Assembly: GCA_052426225.1 (NCBI GenBank)
Contig: JBNJNM010000006.1
Location: forward strand, 1,674,001-1,738,000
Length of the DNA stretch: 64,000 nt
DNA from: Zancudomyces culisetae HAW-14-8
Lineage: Eukaryota; Fungi; Kickxellomycota
Direction of reading: 5' to 3'
How positions within the stretch are numbered: the stretch's first letter is position 1; each line of letters starts with the position of its first letter. The notes beneath the pieces are model-generated. The model ran no database searches. It was not told the DNA's origin and saw only the letters and a list, made by a program, of their open reading frames with translations. The position numbers and the translations under genes are program-made. This document shows positions 40,815 to 50,230 of this stretch, in pieces.

Positions 40815-41230
40815 TGTTATTAAATTATGAATATTATTGTACCCGTTATAGGTGCACAGTGTCAATACACTAGTTATTTAATTTACGGAGGGTGTTTAGG
40901 TCCACCGTTACTGCGAATAACTTGATTTATGTAGACACTTGTTCTAAGTTAATTATTGTTTATTCTTTTTCTTATACTATAAAAACTATATATCGGAACT
41001 TGTATCTATAAAACTATTTACTAAAAAAACTCTCTTATTAAAACAAAAATGATAACGCGGACTTGTTGTCAAGGAAGTAGGAAAAAACCCTCCTCAGGGA
41101 GAAAAGTCCAATCTTCTCAATAATTTAATACATATAATAATAATAATAAAATAATAATATTATTACTAATAAATAACCAATTACCTATCCAATTTCTGAC
41201 AAGGGGTAATCCATCAATTTCGATATGACA
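40815..41230. mobile_element. Solo LTR E
   Basis: TGTTAT...ATGACA termini; shared LTR motif in reverse at ~41082-41112. Confidence 0.55.
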
Positions 41231-41234
41231 GTAT

Positions 41235-41499
41235 TGTAGTATAAAATATTATATGTTATAGATTTCTCATCTATTGAAATTAATAGTGTTAATTTATTGG
41301 ATATTTATTTAATAGTTTTTGTAGTTGATTTATAGTATTTAAATCAATGAAATTTTTAGTTAAATAAATTTGTCGTCTCTTGAATATAATAATAGTACAT
41401 ATAAATATATATAAATAGTAACTTTTAGCGGCCCGTCTCGTGTAGTGCTTGGAACCAATAGCTTTCAAGTAGGACGTAAAACATTTCTAATACACGACA
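41235..41499. mobile_element. Solo LTR F
   Basis: TGTAGTATA start (as in the element-2 LTR) and ACGACA end. Confidence 0.55.
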
Positions 41500-41502
41500 A
41501 AC

Positions 41503-41822
41503 TGTCATATAATAATATGATTAGAACAAAAATTCAATAGTTTTTAGAATTATAGTATTAGGAAATTAGCAGTATTTTTAGATTGGACCTTTTTCCCCTC
41601 GTGGTTTTTGTCCGATGTTATTTTATAGGTATAATTTATTTCAGACTAGTATGAACAATTTTAGGGGTCAAAAGGACCTCCCACAACAAGAAAAATAAAA
41701 ACAATTGTTTTCTCAAACTATCAGAATAATATTAAGTATACAGATTATATTGTTAAAACAAATATAGTATAGTGATAATAAATAAGTAGAGAACAATATA
41801 TTACAATAATCTTATTTTAACA
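41503..41822. mobile_element. Solo LTR G (320 bp)
   Basis: TGTCAT...TAACA termini; homologous to 43406-43729. Confidence 0.65.
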
Positions 41823-41826
41823 AAAT

Positions 41827-41972
41827 TGTCATATAGTGGGCAGGAGAGCATGATGACAAATTAATTAGTCATCATGCAAACGAACAAATTATTAGTTTGC
41901 GATAACTAATGAGGATCAGTTTTTTTTCACTATCGATGAAAATAACGTCATCTAGTTTTTTCTGATGACTCA
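41827..41972. mobile_element. Short or truncated LTR fragment G2 (could instead be the start of the next unit)
   Basis: Starts TGTCAT after an AAAT spacer; hairpin-rich; right end uncertain. Confidence 0.35.
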
Positions 41973-41975
41973 TAG

Positions 41976-43025
41976 TGTCGCAATACAAACGTTTGTTTAG
42001 TCATATAATTTTTAATAGTAATTTATTGTTTTAGTATTAAAGAAGTTTAGTTTCAGTATCTTAGTTTAAAATAATTTTTACTTAGAAAGAAAAAATGTAT
42101 AAAAAAATGAAATATTTGACAAAATAAAGAAAAACATACAGAAAATAATTAGTTAAAGATATAATTACCTTATTATAGTTAATAAAAATAACTTGAAAAA
42201 ATATTATAGAACAATTATAGTAAATACTTATATTTAATAATAAAATATAACAAATGTCGAATGAGTAAAACTATTCAACCAGTATTAATGCATGGTTATA
42301 CATTTCCTTATTTTACATAGTTGAATTAAAATTTGGACATAATTTAAAAAAAATTAAGAAAATGAAAATTAATGGACTCAGCATGAAATTAATTCTTCAT
42401 ACTGCGTCCATTCAATAATGATGAATGTAGTATGGGAAATGTTCAAATACATGTTCATACTACATCAATATTATCAAACCTAAATATTATTTTATTAGTT
42501 ATATCTTATCATGTTTATAGTCTATTTGGAGAACAAAATGATTTTATAGTTTATATTTAAAGGATACATGGTGGAAAAGAAACCATCATTCATGTCCTAC
42601 CATACGGATTAGTAATAAAGATTATCTAAATAAAGATTTGTAAACAGCAGCACAAATAAAAGTAAAAATAATGATCAACTATCTTTTCGGTACAGGTGCG
42701 AATGAATCTAGGAGAGATTCTTCCCCCTCATCAAACAGCACTAGGGGCAGTAGCATGGACCAAGAGACAGGGGTGTTAAGTCCCCGAACACTTGGGGAGT
42801 TGACGGAAAGTGTTCGTCAACTTCGAATCCGTAGAAGCCCGGAGTCAATGTCCGTGAGTACTATCTCACCGACATTGTATAGGGATAATAGCTCAACTGA
42901 GCCTCCCTTGATGCACATCACGCTACGGGGTAGCAGTGCATCGATATCCAGTGATTATACCCGAACCGGTATGTCACGTGAAGAGACTAGTATTCAGAAC
43001 TCTCAGGGTTTTGAATACTACGACA
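41976..43025 (+). mobile_element. Solo LTR C'2 (~1.05 kb) containing an ORF
   Basis: Start TGTCGCAATA equals the outer end of C2 and the unit ends ACGACA. Shares the hairpin GACTCAGCATG and the block CATGTCCTAC.ATACGGATTA.TAATAAA with C2. Confidence 0.72.
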
Positions 43026-43072
43026 CAAAATTGTCGTGTGAATATTATAGTTTTATATTTTTATTTGCTTAA
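42671..43072 (+). CDS. LTR-encoded S/T/R-rich ORF (118 codons inside the LTR; probable Gag N-terminus)
   Basis: Paralogue of 39203-39598. Confidence 0.65.
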   Translation: MINYLFGTGANESRRDSSPSSNSTRGSSMDQETGVLSPRTLGELTESVRQLRIRRSPESMSVSTISPTLYRDNSSTEPPLMHITLRGSSASISSDYTRTGMSREETSIQNSQGFEYYDTKLSCEYYSFIFLFA

Positions 43073-43402
43073 GTCATATCGAAAACTAGATAGAAATTAT
43101 TTGCCCTTATATAATTTTTTGGGTCTAACGAACTACTACTATAATATATTTAATTATAAAGTTATAACTGTTTTAAACATGTGAAATATGAATTATAATA
43201 ATATTATTGAAACAGGGGGTTTCCCCTTGCTGAATAGGAAAAGATGTTGTAAATCATATATAGATGATTCCCATGACTCATCTATGACAGTGTGATTCTC
43301 AGATTTACAAGGATGTTACGTGAATTTAATTTAACCATCATTGCAATTTATTAAAAACCCATTGGGAAAAAATATAAATTGTGATAATTTAAATTGACGA
43401 CA
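43032..43402. mobile_element. Solo LTR C'1 (371 bp)
   Basis: TGTCGT...ACGACA termini with 4-bp TSD AAAT. Confidence 0.75.
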
Positions 43403-43405
43403 AAA

Positions 43406-43729
43406 TGTCGTATAGAAATACGATTAGAAGGATAAGGGGAATTAGTCCCCGGTTTTATTTAAGTTGCTTTTAGTTATATTTATATGTTTAGATTGGACCT
43501 TTTTCCCCTTGTGGTTTTGTCCAATGGTTTTTTATTAGTTAGTTATTTTAGTTTAATTAGTCAAATATTTGGGGGTTAAATGAAGCTCCCACTTGGAAGA
43601 AAAAATAAAATCATCTTTATTCACAATTAGAAAAACAGTCTATTCTAGTAAAAGTTTATTATTAGTATTATAAAATAATACGAAACAGTAAACCAAATTA
43701 AAATATATAACTATACATTTTATTCATCA
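43406..43729. mobile_element. Solo LTR H (324 bp), ending 8 bp upstream of tRNA-Glu
   Basis: TGTCGT...CATCA termini; homologous to G and of similar length; AAAA flanks. The right end is less certain. Confidence 0.65.
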
Positions 43730-43737
43730 AAAATATA

Positions 43738-43809
43738 TCCGCAATGGTCTAGTGGCTAGGATCCGACGCTCTCACCGTCGTGGCCGGGGTTCGATTCCCC
43801 GTTGCGGAA
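43738..43809 (+). tRNA. tRNA-Glu(CTC)
   Basis: Acceptor TCCGCAA/TTGCGGA, anticodon arm CGACG-CT-CTC-AC-CGTCG, GGTTCGATTCC. Confidence 0.95.
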
Positions 43810-43811
43810 TT

Positions 43812-43883
43812 AGCACCATAGCGCAGAGGAAGCGCGCAAGGCTCATAACCTTGAGGTCCCTAGATCGAAACTAGGTGGTGCTA
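43812..43883 (+). tRNA. Initiator tRNA-Met(CAT)
   Basis: A1:U72 pair, AGCGCAG..GGAAGCGCG D-arm, CTCATAA loop, initiator-type GATCGAAA T-loop. Confidence 0.92.
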
Positions 43884-43885
43884 CA

Positions 43886-43890
43886 TTTTT
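43886..43890 (+). terminator. Pol III terminator (T5) for the tRNA dimer
   Basis: First T-run after tRNA-iMet; there is none between the two tRNAs. Confidence 0.7.
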
Positions 43891-44569
43891 ACGTTATCTC
43901 ACGTATATTTATACATTTTGATTTATAGAAACATTGCAATTAAACAGATAGAGATTATACTAGTATCTAATTTATTTTTCAGATTATTTATGTTTGAGTT
44001 TGGTATTGTAGTATAACGGCTACATACTTTTTGCTAGCGAATCAATTGCGATTCCTTAGCATAATATAACTACCAATTAACTTGTAGTTAATTTATATCT
44101 AAATATTTATAACAGTAAAGTTGAATATCTGAACGATCAGGGAATAAAAGCGAAGCGGACAAGGAAAATAAACATCTTGAGCCTTTCTTAACAGAATATA
44201 CTTTACATATACGTTTTTTACATACTTAGTAATTGAAATTAACACTACATTGAGATAGTTTACTTAGTGTTTTATTATTATTACAACAATAATAAAAGTT
44301 ATTAAAAACATTCATATTACGGCAAACAGAACTAGTTAAGTGATCCGAGACCTGAGTATAACTGACACAATCAGTGCTATACCAAACTCAGCCATCACAT
44401 TAGCTGAAAAATATATCAGATAACTTATAACATCTACAATATATTACAATTGGGGGCTCTGCCGGGAATTTAATCTCCATATATCTCAGTTGAGGGAGAA
44501 TTGAATGTTTATTTACAAAAAGATTCAATTACAGTAGTACAACAACGTCAAAGTATACAGATTCAAACG

Positions 44570-47500
44570 ATGGAAAAGCCTGTCATATTTGAGGCTCAAG
44601 GTTCATTAGATCCAAAAGAGTGGATTTACAGATATAAATTAATAGCTAAAGTAAACAAATGGTCAGATACCGATGCTATAGAGTTGATTCAGCTTTATTT
44701 AGGAAAGAAAGAATTACAATGGTACAAGAAAAACACTAAAGAGTTTAAAGACTGGGATACTCTGGTTACCAAGTTTACAGAGAAATATTCAAGCAAAGAG
44801 ATGAATTTTGTATACTGGAAGAAAATTCAGATGATCAAACAGGAAGATTTTGCCTCAGTTGAAGACTTTGAGTTAGAACTAGAGGAATTGTTTGAGAAGG
44901 CAGAAGTAACAGATGAAGGTGTCAAATGGAACTGTTTGATGAACGCACTAAGTGAGAAGAACAAGCGCAAGGTGTTAGAGTCAGATAATAAGAAATGGGC
45001 AGATGCAATTAAGCTAATTGGGAAGTCGGAAAAGATTAAAGAAGCAGTAAAACCGAAGCCAGTAAAACCGAAGCCACTTAGTTCCAAAGACAGATTGAAT
45101 GAGGCCAGGAAAAGATTTCAGGATAGCAAAGAAAAGTTTGAGCAGCGAAATAAGATGCGGGAAAAGGCAAAGCAGGACAATGACTATAATGACATGATGA
45201 AGCAGTTTGAAAAGCTAAGTGTAAATGTCATGAATAAAGTAGATGAGGCGGTTGATAGGAGATTTAATAATACAAGAGGGAGAACTTACCATGATCGTTT
45301 TATACCCACATGCTACCACTGTGGAAGGAAAGGACACCGAAGGTATGAATGCAGACATCTAGTTCAAAGAGATACAGAGGAGGACACAAGCAGTGAAGAC
45401 TCGGATGATTTAAACTGTATCGAGGTCGAAGATGTTAGCTGTGATGAAGTTTTTGGAGCAGACCGCGTGGATAAAAATAAACCTGCCATCGGACCATATA
45501 AAAAAAAGGAATATTTAAATAATAATATTAATAAATTTGAAGTTAAACCAAAAGAAAATAGAATAAAAAATACAAAAGTTATAAAACCATATAAAACAAT
45601 TAAAGAGATCGAAATGAAGAAAGCACCTACATTAAGAAGTCGAGAATCAGATTCGAAAGCCAAAGCGTATACAAAGAAGAAATACACGATTAAAGCGGCA
45701 GAAAACACAGACAGTTACTCACTCAAGGAAGATTTAGGAGCGGTATACCCTAAAATTAGTATGATACAATTACTAGAAGCCTCACCAAAACTCGCAAAGG
45801 AAATGGCAAACCTGTGCAAACGAGTAGAGGATAAAGAGGTAAACGAAATAAAATATAAGGAGACAAAAACTAGTAATTGTAAGGTTACCGTGGAAATATT
45901 CGGACAAGAAGTGAAGACCATTCTGGATACGGGTGCAGCGTGTTCAGTTGCCACTCCCGAGTTAGTCGAGAATTGGGGACTTGAGGTAGAGCAGGATTCT
46001 AGTCAGATGATCATCACTGCAGACGGAAGTAAACACGCATCGTTGGGAAAGGTATTGGACGTGCCTATAAGGATAGGAAAGCAAATATTTAACGCGGATC
46101 TAACTGTAATGGAAAGACATGATCAATCGTTAATATTGGGTACCGACTGGTTAGTCAGACACAAAGCAACTATAGATCTTGAAATATCACAACTAATAAT
46201 TTCAAATGGAGAGCTTTCCGTTCACTTACCATTAAAAACTTCAAAGGCAACAGTACTGACAAGCTACGACGAATCCGAACTTTATGCTATAGTTAAAGAG
46301 AAATACATTGAAGTTGATAATAGTTTAGTAGATACAGATGAGAGAATAATAAAGTTAGTTCAACAGTATAAAGGGATGTTTGTAAACGAATTGGAAGAAT
46401 TAAAGCAGTCGGATACAACCGAACACAAAATTATACTTACCGAAGAGATACCAATAAAACAGCGGCCATACAGGATACCTCAGGCAAAACAGCAGCTAGT
46501 GCGGAAAGAACTGGAGCTTATGGAACAGCATGGAATCATCTCACCAGCCTCTTCACCATGGTGCTCACCTGTGGTAGTAGTAACAAAGAAAAACGGTAAG
46601 CTTCGAGTGTGTGCAGATTATAGGAAATTAAATAGTATTACAAAGAAGGATACTTACCCGTTGCCAGTCATTGACGACATTTTCATGGCATTGTCCGGAG
46701 CGACGGTTTTCAGCAGCTTGGATGCTATGTCAGGCTTCTGGCAGATACCTATGAGTAGAGAAGACAGAGATAAGACAGCGTTTGCTATCCCTGGAGGAGG
46801 AAGTTATATATACAATGTAATGCCGTTTGGTTTAACCAACAGCCCGGCTACATTTCAACGGGTTATGGAAGAGGTCTTACATTCAGTTCTGTGGTCCTGT
46901 GCTATTGTATTTGTCGACGACATTATAATCTATTCGAAGAACATGAAACAGCATTTAGAAGATTTAGAACAAGTATTTAAGTTATTACAGGCAAGAAACA
47001 TTCAGCTTCACAAAGACAAATGTGTTTTAGGAAAGGATGAAATAACTTACCTGGGACACAGGATTTCAAAGGAAGGGATAAGCACCTGTGAAGATAAACT
47101 AGCAGCAGTTAAAAAATTAGAATCTCCTAAGAATGTTAAAGAAGTACAATCAATATTGGGATTAACAGGATATTACAGGAAGTTTATATATAACTATAGT
47201 AAAATATGTTTACCTTTAACTAACTTGCTGAAGAAGAATAAAGAGTGGACATGGTCAGAAAACGAAGAAAAAGCACTGGATCAGCTTAAACAAGCACTGC
47301 TCGACGCACCGGTGTTAGCACACCCTGACTGGAACAAAACATTTACCGTTACGACTGACGCATCGATAGACGGAATCGGAGCAATACTCTCCCAAGAGTA
47401 CGATTCGGGAGATCGCCCTATTGCATATATAAGTAGAAAAACAACCAAACATGAGAGAAATTACTCAATCAGTCACCTAGAAGGGTTAGCTGTCGTTTGG

Positions 47501-48979
47501 GCTGTAGTTAAATTTAAATATTTTGTATGGGGCCGAAGGTTTATAATAAAAACAGACCATAAAAGCTTGTTAAATCTGTTTAACGGAAAAGAACTTACGG
47601 GAAGAGTAGCTAGATGGGCCATGCTACTACGCAACTACGATTATGAGATTCAGCACCTACCAGGAAAGAAAAACCCAGCAGACAGTTTATCCAGATTGCC
47701 AACCGAAATATTATCAGACGAAAACGATTCCGCAGCAGAATTTAGAGATCTAAATTGTCTTGAGATAAGTGAATATAATAACATAATGAATGATATTCTA
47801 AATCCAAATAATTTACCAAATTCCCAGGACGATACTAGAACATATACCAGAGTTCAAAATACGAAGCGATATTTCCTTAAGGACGGATCATTATATATAA
47901 AAATCGGAAATACTGAAAAGCAGGTATTAAATACGGATAACGCAAGCGAAGAAATATATAAAGTGCATTTCGAGACGCACGAAGGCGTAGAAAACACTTA
48001 TAACCGAATTAAACAATTGTTTCATGGAAAGAATTTATTCAAAATAACGAAAGATATAGTAAAAAGTTGTGAAGTTTGTCAACTGTATAAAGGAAATAAA
48101 AGCAAAAAAAATTACCTAACAACTGTTGAAGGAAACCGCCCATTCGAAATATGGGGAATAGACGCCATGGGTCCAATTAACCCAGTTTCAAAGAGCGGAA
48201 ACCGCTACATACTAACTGCGATAGACTACTGCACCAAATGGCCAGTAGCCTTACCAGTTCCGAATCTATTAAGTAGCACCATAATTAATTTCATTATATA
48301 TAAAATAGTAATGGACTATGGAGTCCCGACTCAATTAGTTACAGACCAAGGTTCAAGTTTCATGTCCGAAGCAACCAAGGCAGTATACAAGTGGTTGGGC
48401 ATAAAGCATGCACCCACCTCAGGTTATCGACCTCAGAGCAACGGACAGGTCGAACGATTAAACAGGTCTATAAAGTCAATAATGTCGAAACAAATAGATG
48501 AAGACTACCTTAACTGGGATACCTACCTTTGGAAGACACTGCTAATACTACGGACACTGAGCAGCAAGACAACTGGCTTCACACCGGCAGAACTACTCTA
48601 TGGTAAGGACCTGACTATGGCACACAACTGGACTCCTGCCAATCTAATCGACACAAGGAACGAGTTAGTGCACCATAGGATCGAATTCCTTAGCACTGGA
48701 TTAAAGGAAATTCGAGAACTAGGTTTGGAAAATTCGAAAGTAAAGAAGTTGAAACAAAAAGGATACTACGACAAAAAAGTGAAAGAAAAATTATTTAAGA
48801 AAAACGACATTGTTTTGAAGTACATCGAAGGCGAAAAAACGAAATTTCAAAGAATTTGGAAAGGGCCGTACAAAGTCGAAAAAATTTTGATAAACGGAAC
48901 ATACGTAATTGTCGATAGCGAAGGAAATAGCGAACTAGTCAATGGCGACACTATTAAATTATTTCACGATTCAAATTAG
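44570..48979 (+). CDS. Single-ORF Gag-Pol polyprotein of element 2
   Basis: CYHCGRKGHRRYEC, LDTGA, FVDD, TDAS, HHCC/DDE integrase and WKGPY, with no stops. Confidence 0.95.
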   Translation: MEKPVIFEAQGSLDPKEWIYRYKLIAKVNKWSDTDAIELIQLYLGKKELQWYKKNTKEFKDWDTLVTKFTEKYSSKEMNFVYWKKIQMIKQEDFASVEDFELELEELFEKAEVTDEGVKWNCLMNALSEKNKRKVLESDNKKWADAIKLIGKSEKIKEAVKPKPVKPKPLSSKDRLNEARKRFQDSKEKFEQRNKMREKAKQDNDYNDMMKQFEKLSVNVMNKVDEAVDRRFNNTRGRTYHDRFIPTCYHCGRKGHRRYECRHLVQRDTEEDTSSEDSDDLNCIEVEDVSCDEVFGADRVDKNKPAIGPYKKKEYLNNNINKFEVKPKENRIKNTKVIKPYKTIKEIEMKKAPTLRSRESDSKAKAYTKKKYTIKAAENTDSYSLKEDLGAVYPKISMIQLLEASPKLAKEMANLCKRVEDKEVNEIKYKETKTSNCKVTVEIFGQEVKTILDTGAACSVATPELVENWGLEVEQDSSQMIITADGSKHASLGKVLDVPIRIGKQIFNADLTVMERHDQSLILGTDWLVRHKATIDLEISQLIISNGELSVHLPLKTSKATVLTSYDESELYAIVKEKYIEVDNSLVDTDERIIKLVQQYKGMFVNELEELKQSDTTEHKIILTEEIPIKQRPYRIPQAKQQLVRKELELMEQHGIISPASSPWCSPVVVVTKKNGKLRVCADYRKLNSITKKDTYPLPVIDDIFMALSGATVFSSLDAMSGFWQIPMSREDRDKTAFAIPGGGSYIYNVMPFGLTNSPATFQRVMEEVLHSVLWSCAIVFVDDIIIYSKNMKQHLEDLEQVFKLLQARNIQLHKDKCVLGKDEITYLGHRISKEGISTCEDKLAAVKKLESPKNVKEVQSILGLTGYYRKFIYNYSKICLPLTNLLKKNKEWTWSENEEKALDQLKQALLDAPVLAHPDWNKTFTVTTDASIDGIGAILSQEYDSGDRPIAYISRKTTKHERNYSISHLEGLAVVWAVVKFKYFVWGRRFIIKTDHKSLLNLFNGKELTGRVARWAMLLRNYDYEIQHLPGKKNPADSLSRLPTEILSDENDSAAEFRDLNCLEISEYNNIMNDILNPNNLPNSQDDTRTYTRVQNTKRYFLKDGSLYIKIGNTEKQVLNTDNASEEIYKVHFETHEGVENTYNRIKQLFHGKNLFKITKDIVKSCEVCQLYKGNKSKKNYLTTVEGNRPFEIWGIDAMGPINPVSKSGNRYILTAIDYCTKWPVALPVPNLLSSTIINFIIYKIVMDYGVPTQLVTDQGSSFMSEATKAVYKWLGIKHAPTSGYRPQSNGQVERLNRSIKSIMSKQIDEDYLNWDTYLWKTLLILRTLSSKTTGFTPAELLYGKDLTMAHNWTPANLIDTRNELVHHRIEFLSTGLKEIRELGLENSKVKKLKQKGYYDKKVKEKLFKKNDIVLKYIEGEKTKFQRIWKGPYKVEKILINGTYVIVDSEGNSELVNGDTIKLFHDSN

Positions 48980-49029
48980 CCAATTAATTATTTATTTACT
49001 ATGAAATGTTCGAAAATTGATAAGAAAAA

Positions 49030-49230
49030 AAATTTTTGAATTGAAAAATAAACTCGAAAACACGAAACGACTACATAAAAATCAGAAAAACCGAAAAATC
49101 GAATTGAAATAAAAATTAGAAAAGACAGAAATCGAATTGACAAAAAAATCAGAAAAGATAAATAATCGAACGGATAAAAATCAGAAAAGTCAAAAAATCA
49201 AATTGATAAAAATCAGAAAATTAAACAAAG
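49030..49230 (+). repeat. Degenerate A-rich tandem repeats in the element-2 3' UTR
   Basis: Recurrent AAAAATCAGAAAA and AATCGAATTGA units. Confidence 0.6.
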
Positions 49231-50230
49231 CTACAACATAAAAATCATAAAATATAATAATCCAAAAACATTAATATATACTTTATTTTTAACAGAATTT
49301 AGGGCGAGATTAACGATATGGAAAACATAAACGGAGAAATGAAGTAACATTAATACGAAATTGGAACAACGAGATTCGAGATTATCGAAATGGGCTTTGA
49401 AAAGCGGAGTATAGGAGATTAGGAATCGAAATTGAAGTTTCGAGATTCGAGATGAGGACACTTCGAAATAAAGCGGGGGGTATTGTAGTATAACGGCTAC
49501 ATACTTTTTGCTAGCGAATCAATTGCGATTCCTTAGCATAATATAACTACCAATTAACTTGTAGTTAATTTATATCTAAATATTTATAACAGTAAAGTTG
49601 AATATCTGAACGATCAGGGAATAAAAGCGAAGCGGACAAGGAAAATAAACATCTTGAGCCTTTCTTAACAGAATATACTTTACATATACGTTTTTTACAT
49701 ACTTAGTAATTGAAATTAACACTACATTGAGATAGTTTACTTAGTGTTTTATTATTATTACAACAATAATAAAAGTTATTAAAAACATTCATATTACGGC
49801 AAACAGAACTAGTTAAGTGATCCGAGACCTGAGTATAACTGACACAATCAGTGCTATACCAAACTCAGCCATCACATTAGCTGAAAAATATATCAGATAA
49901 CTTATAACATCTACAATATATTACAGTATAACACTAAATATTCAATTATACTCAAGCATTGGATCACGCTACAAGTTTAGTTTGACATTTATTCTATGCC
50001 ATTATTGCGTATATTGTGAGAACTTTATTCTGGTTAAAATGTATTTATGTTTTAAACTTATAATTATTGTAAATAGTTGTTGATATTAATAATTGAAAAT
50101 TCTATGTTTGGAAATAATATATCTTATAATTACTGTGATTAAAATATTCTAACGTGTATTATAGCTTAGAAGCTTTAATTGTTTATTTGAAAAATCTAAC
50201 ATATTACAAAATTAGTAATTAAAGAATGAA

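Larger units (their letters stand above)
44007..49925 (+). mobile_element. Intact Ty3/Gypsy LTR retrotransposon, element 2
   Basis: 442-bp LTRs at 44007-44448 and 49484-49925 with no difference seen; TSD GTAT; PBS 44451-44468; PPT ending ~49480. Confidence 0.97.
43935..50208 (-). mobile_element. Older diverged solo LTR of the element-2 family, inverted and split by element 2 (43935-44006 plus ~49926-50208)
   Basis: The joined flanks, reverse-complemented, read GTGATCC..TGAGTATAA.TGA..AGTG.TATACCAAACTCA..CTGAAAAATA, matching the element-2 LTR. Outer ends are approximate. Confidence 0.7.

Noticed and set aside
29518-43737. CRISPR array
   Set aside because: There is no constant repeat or cas gene and the context is eukaryotic; the resemblance is only an analogy.
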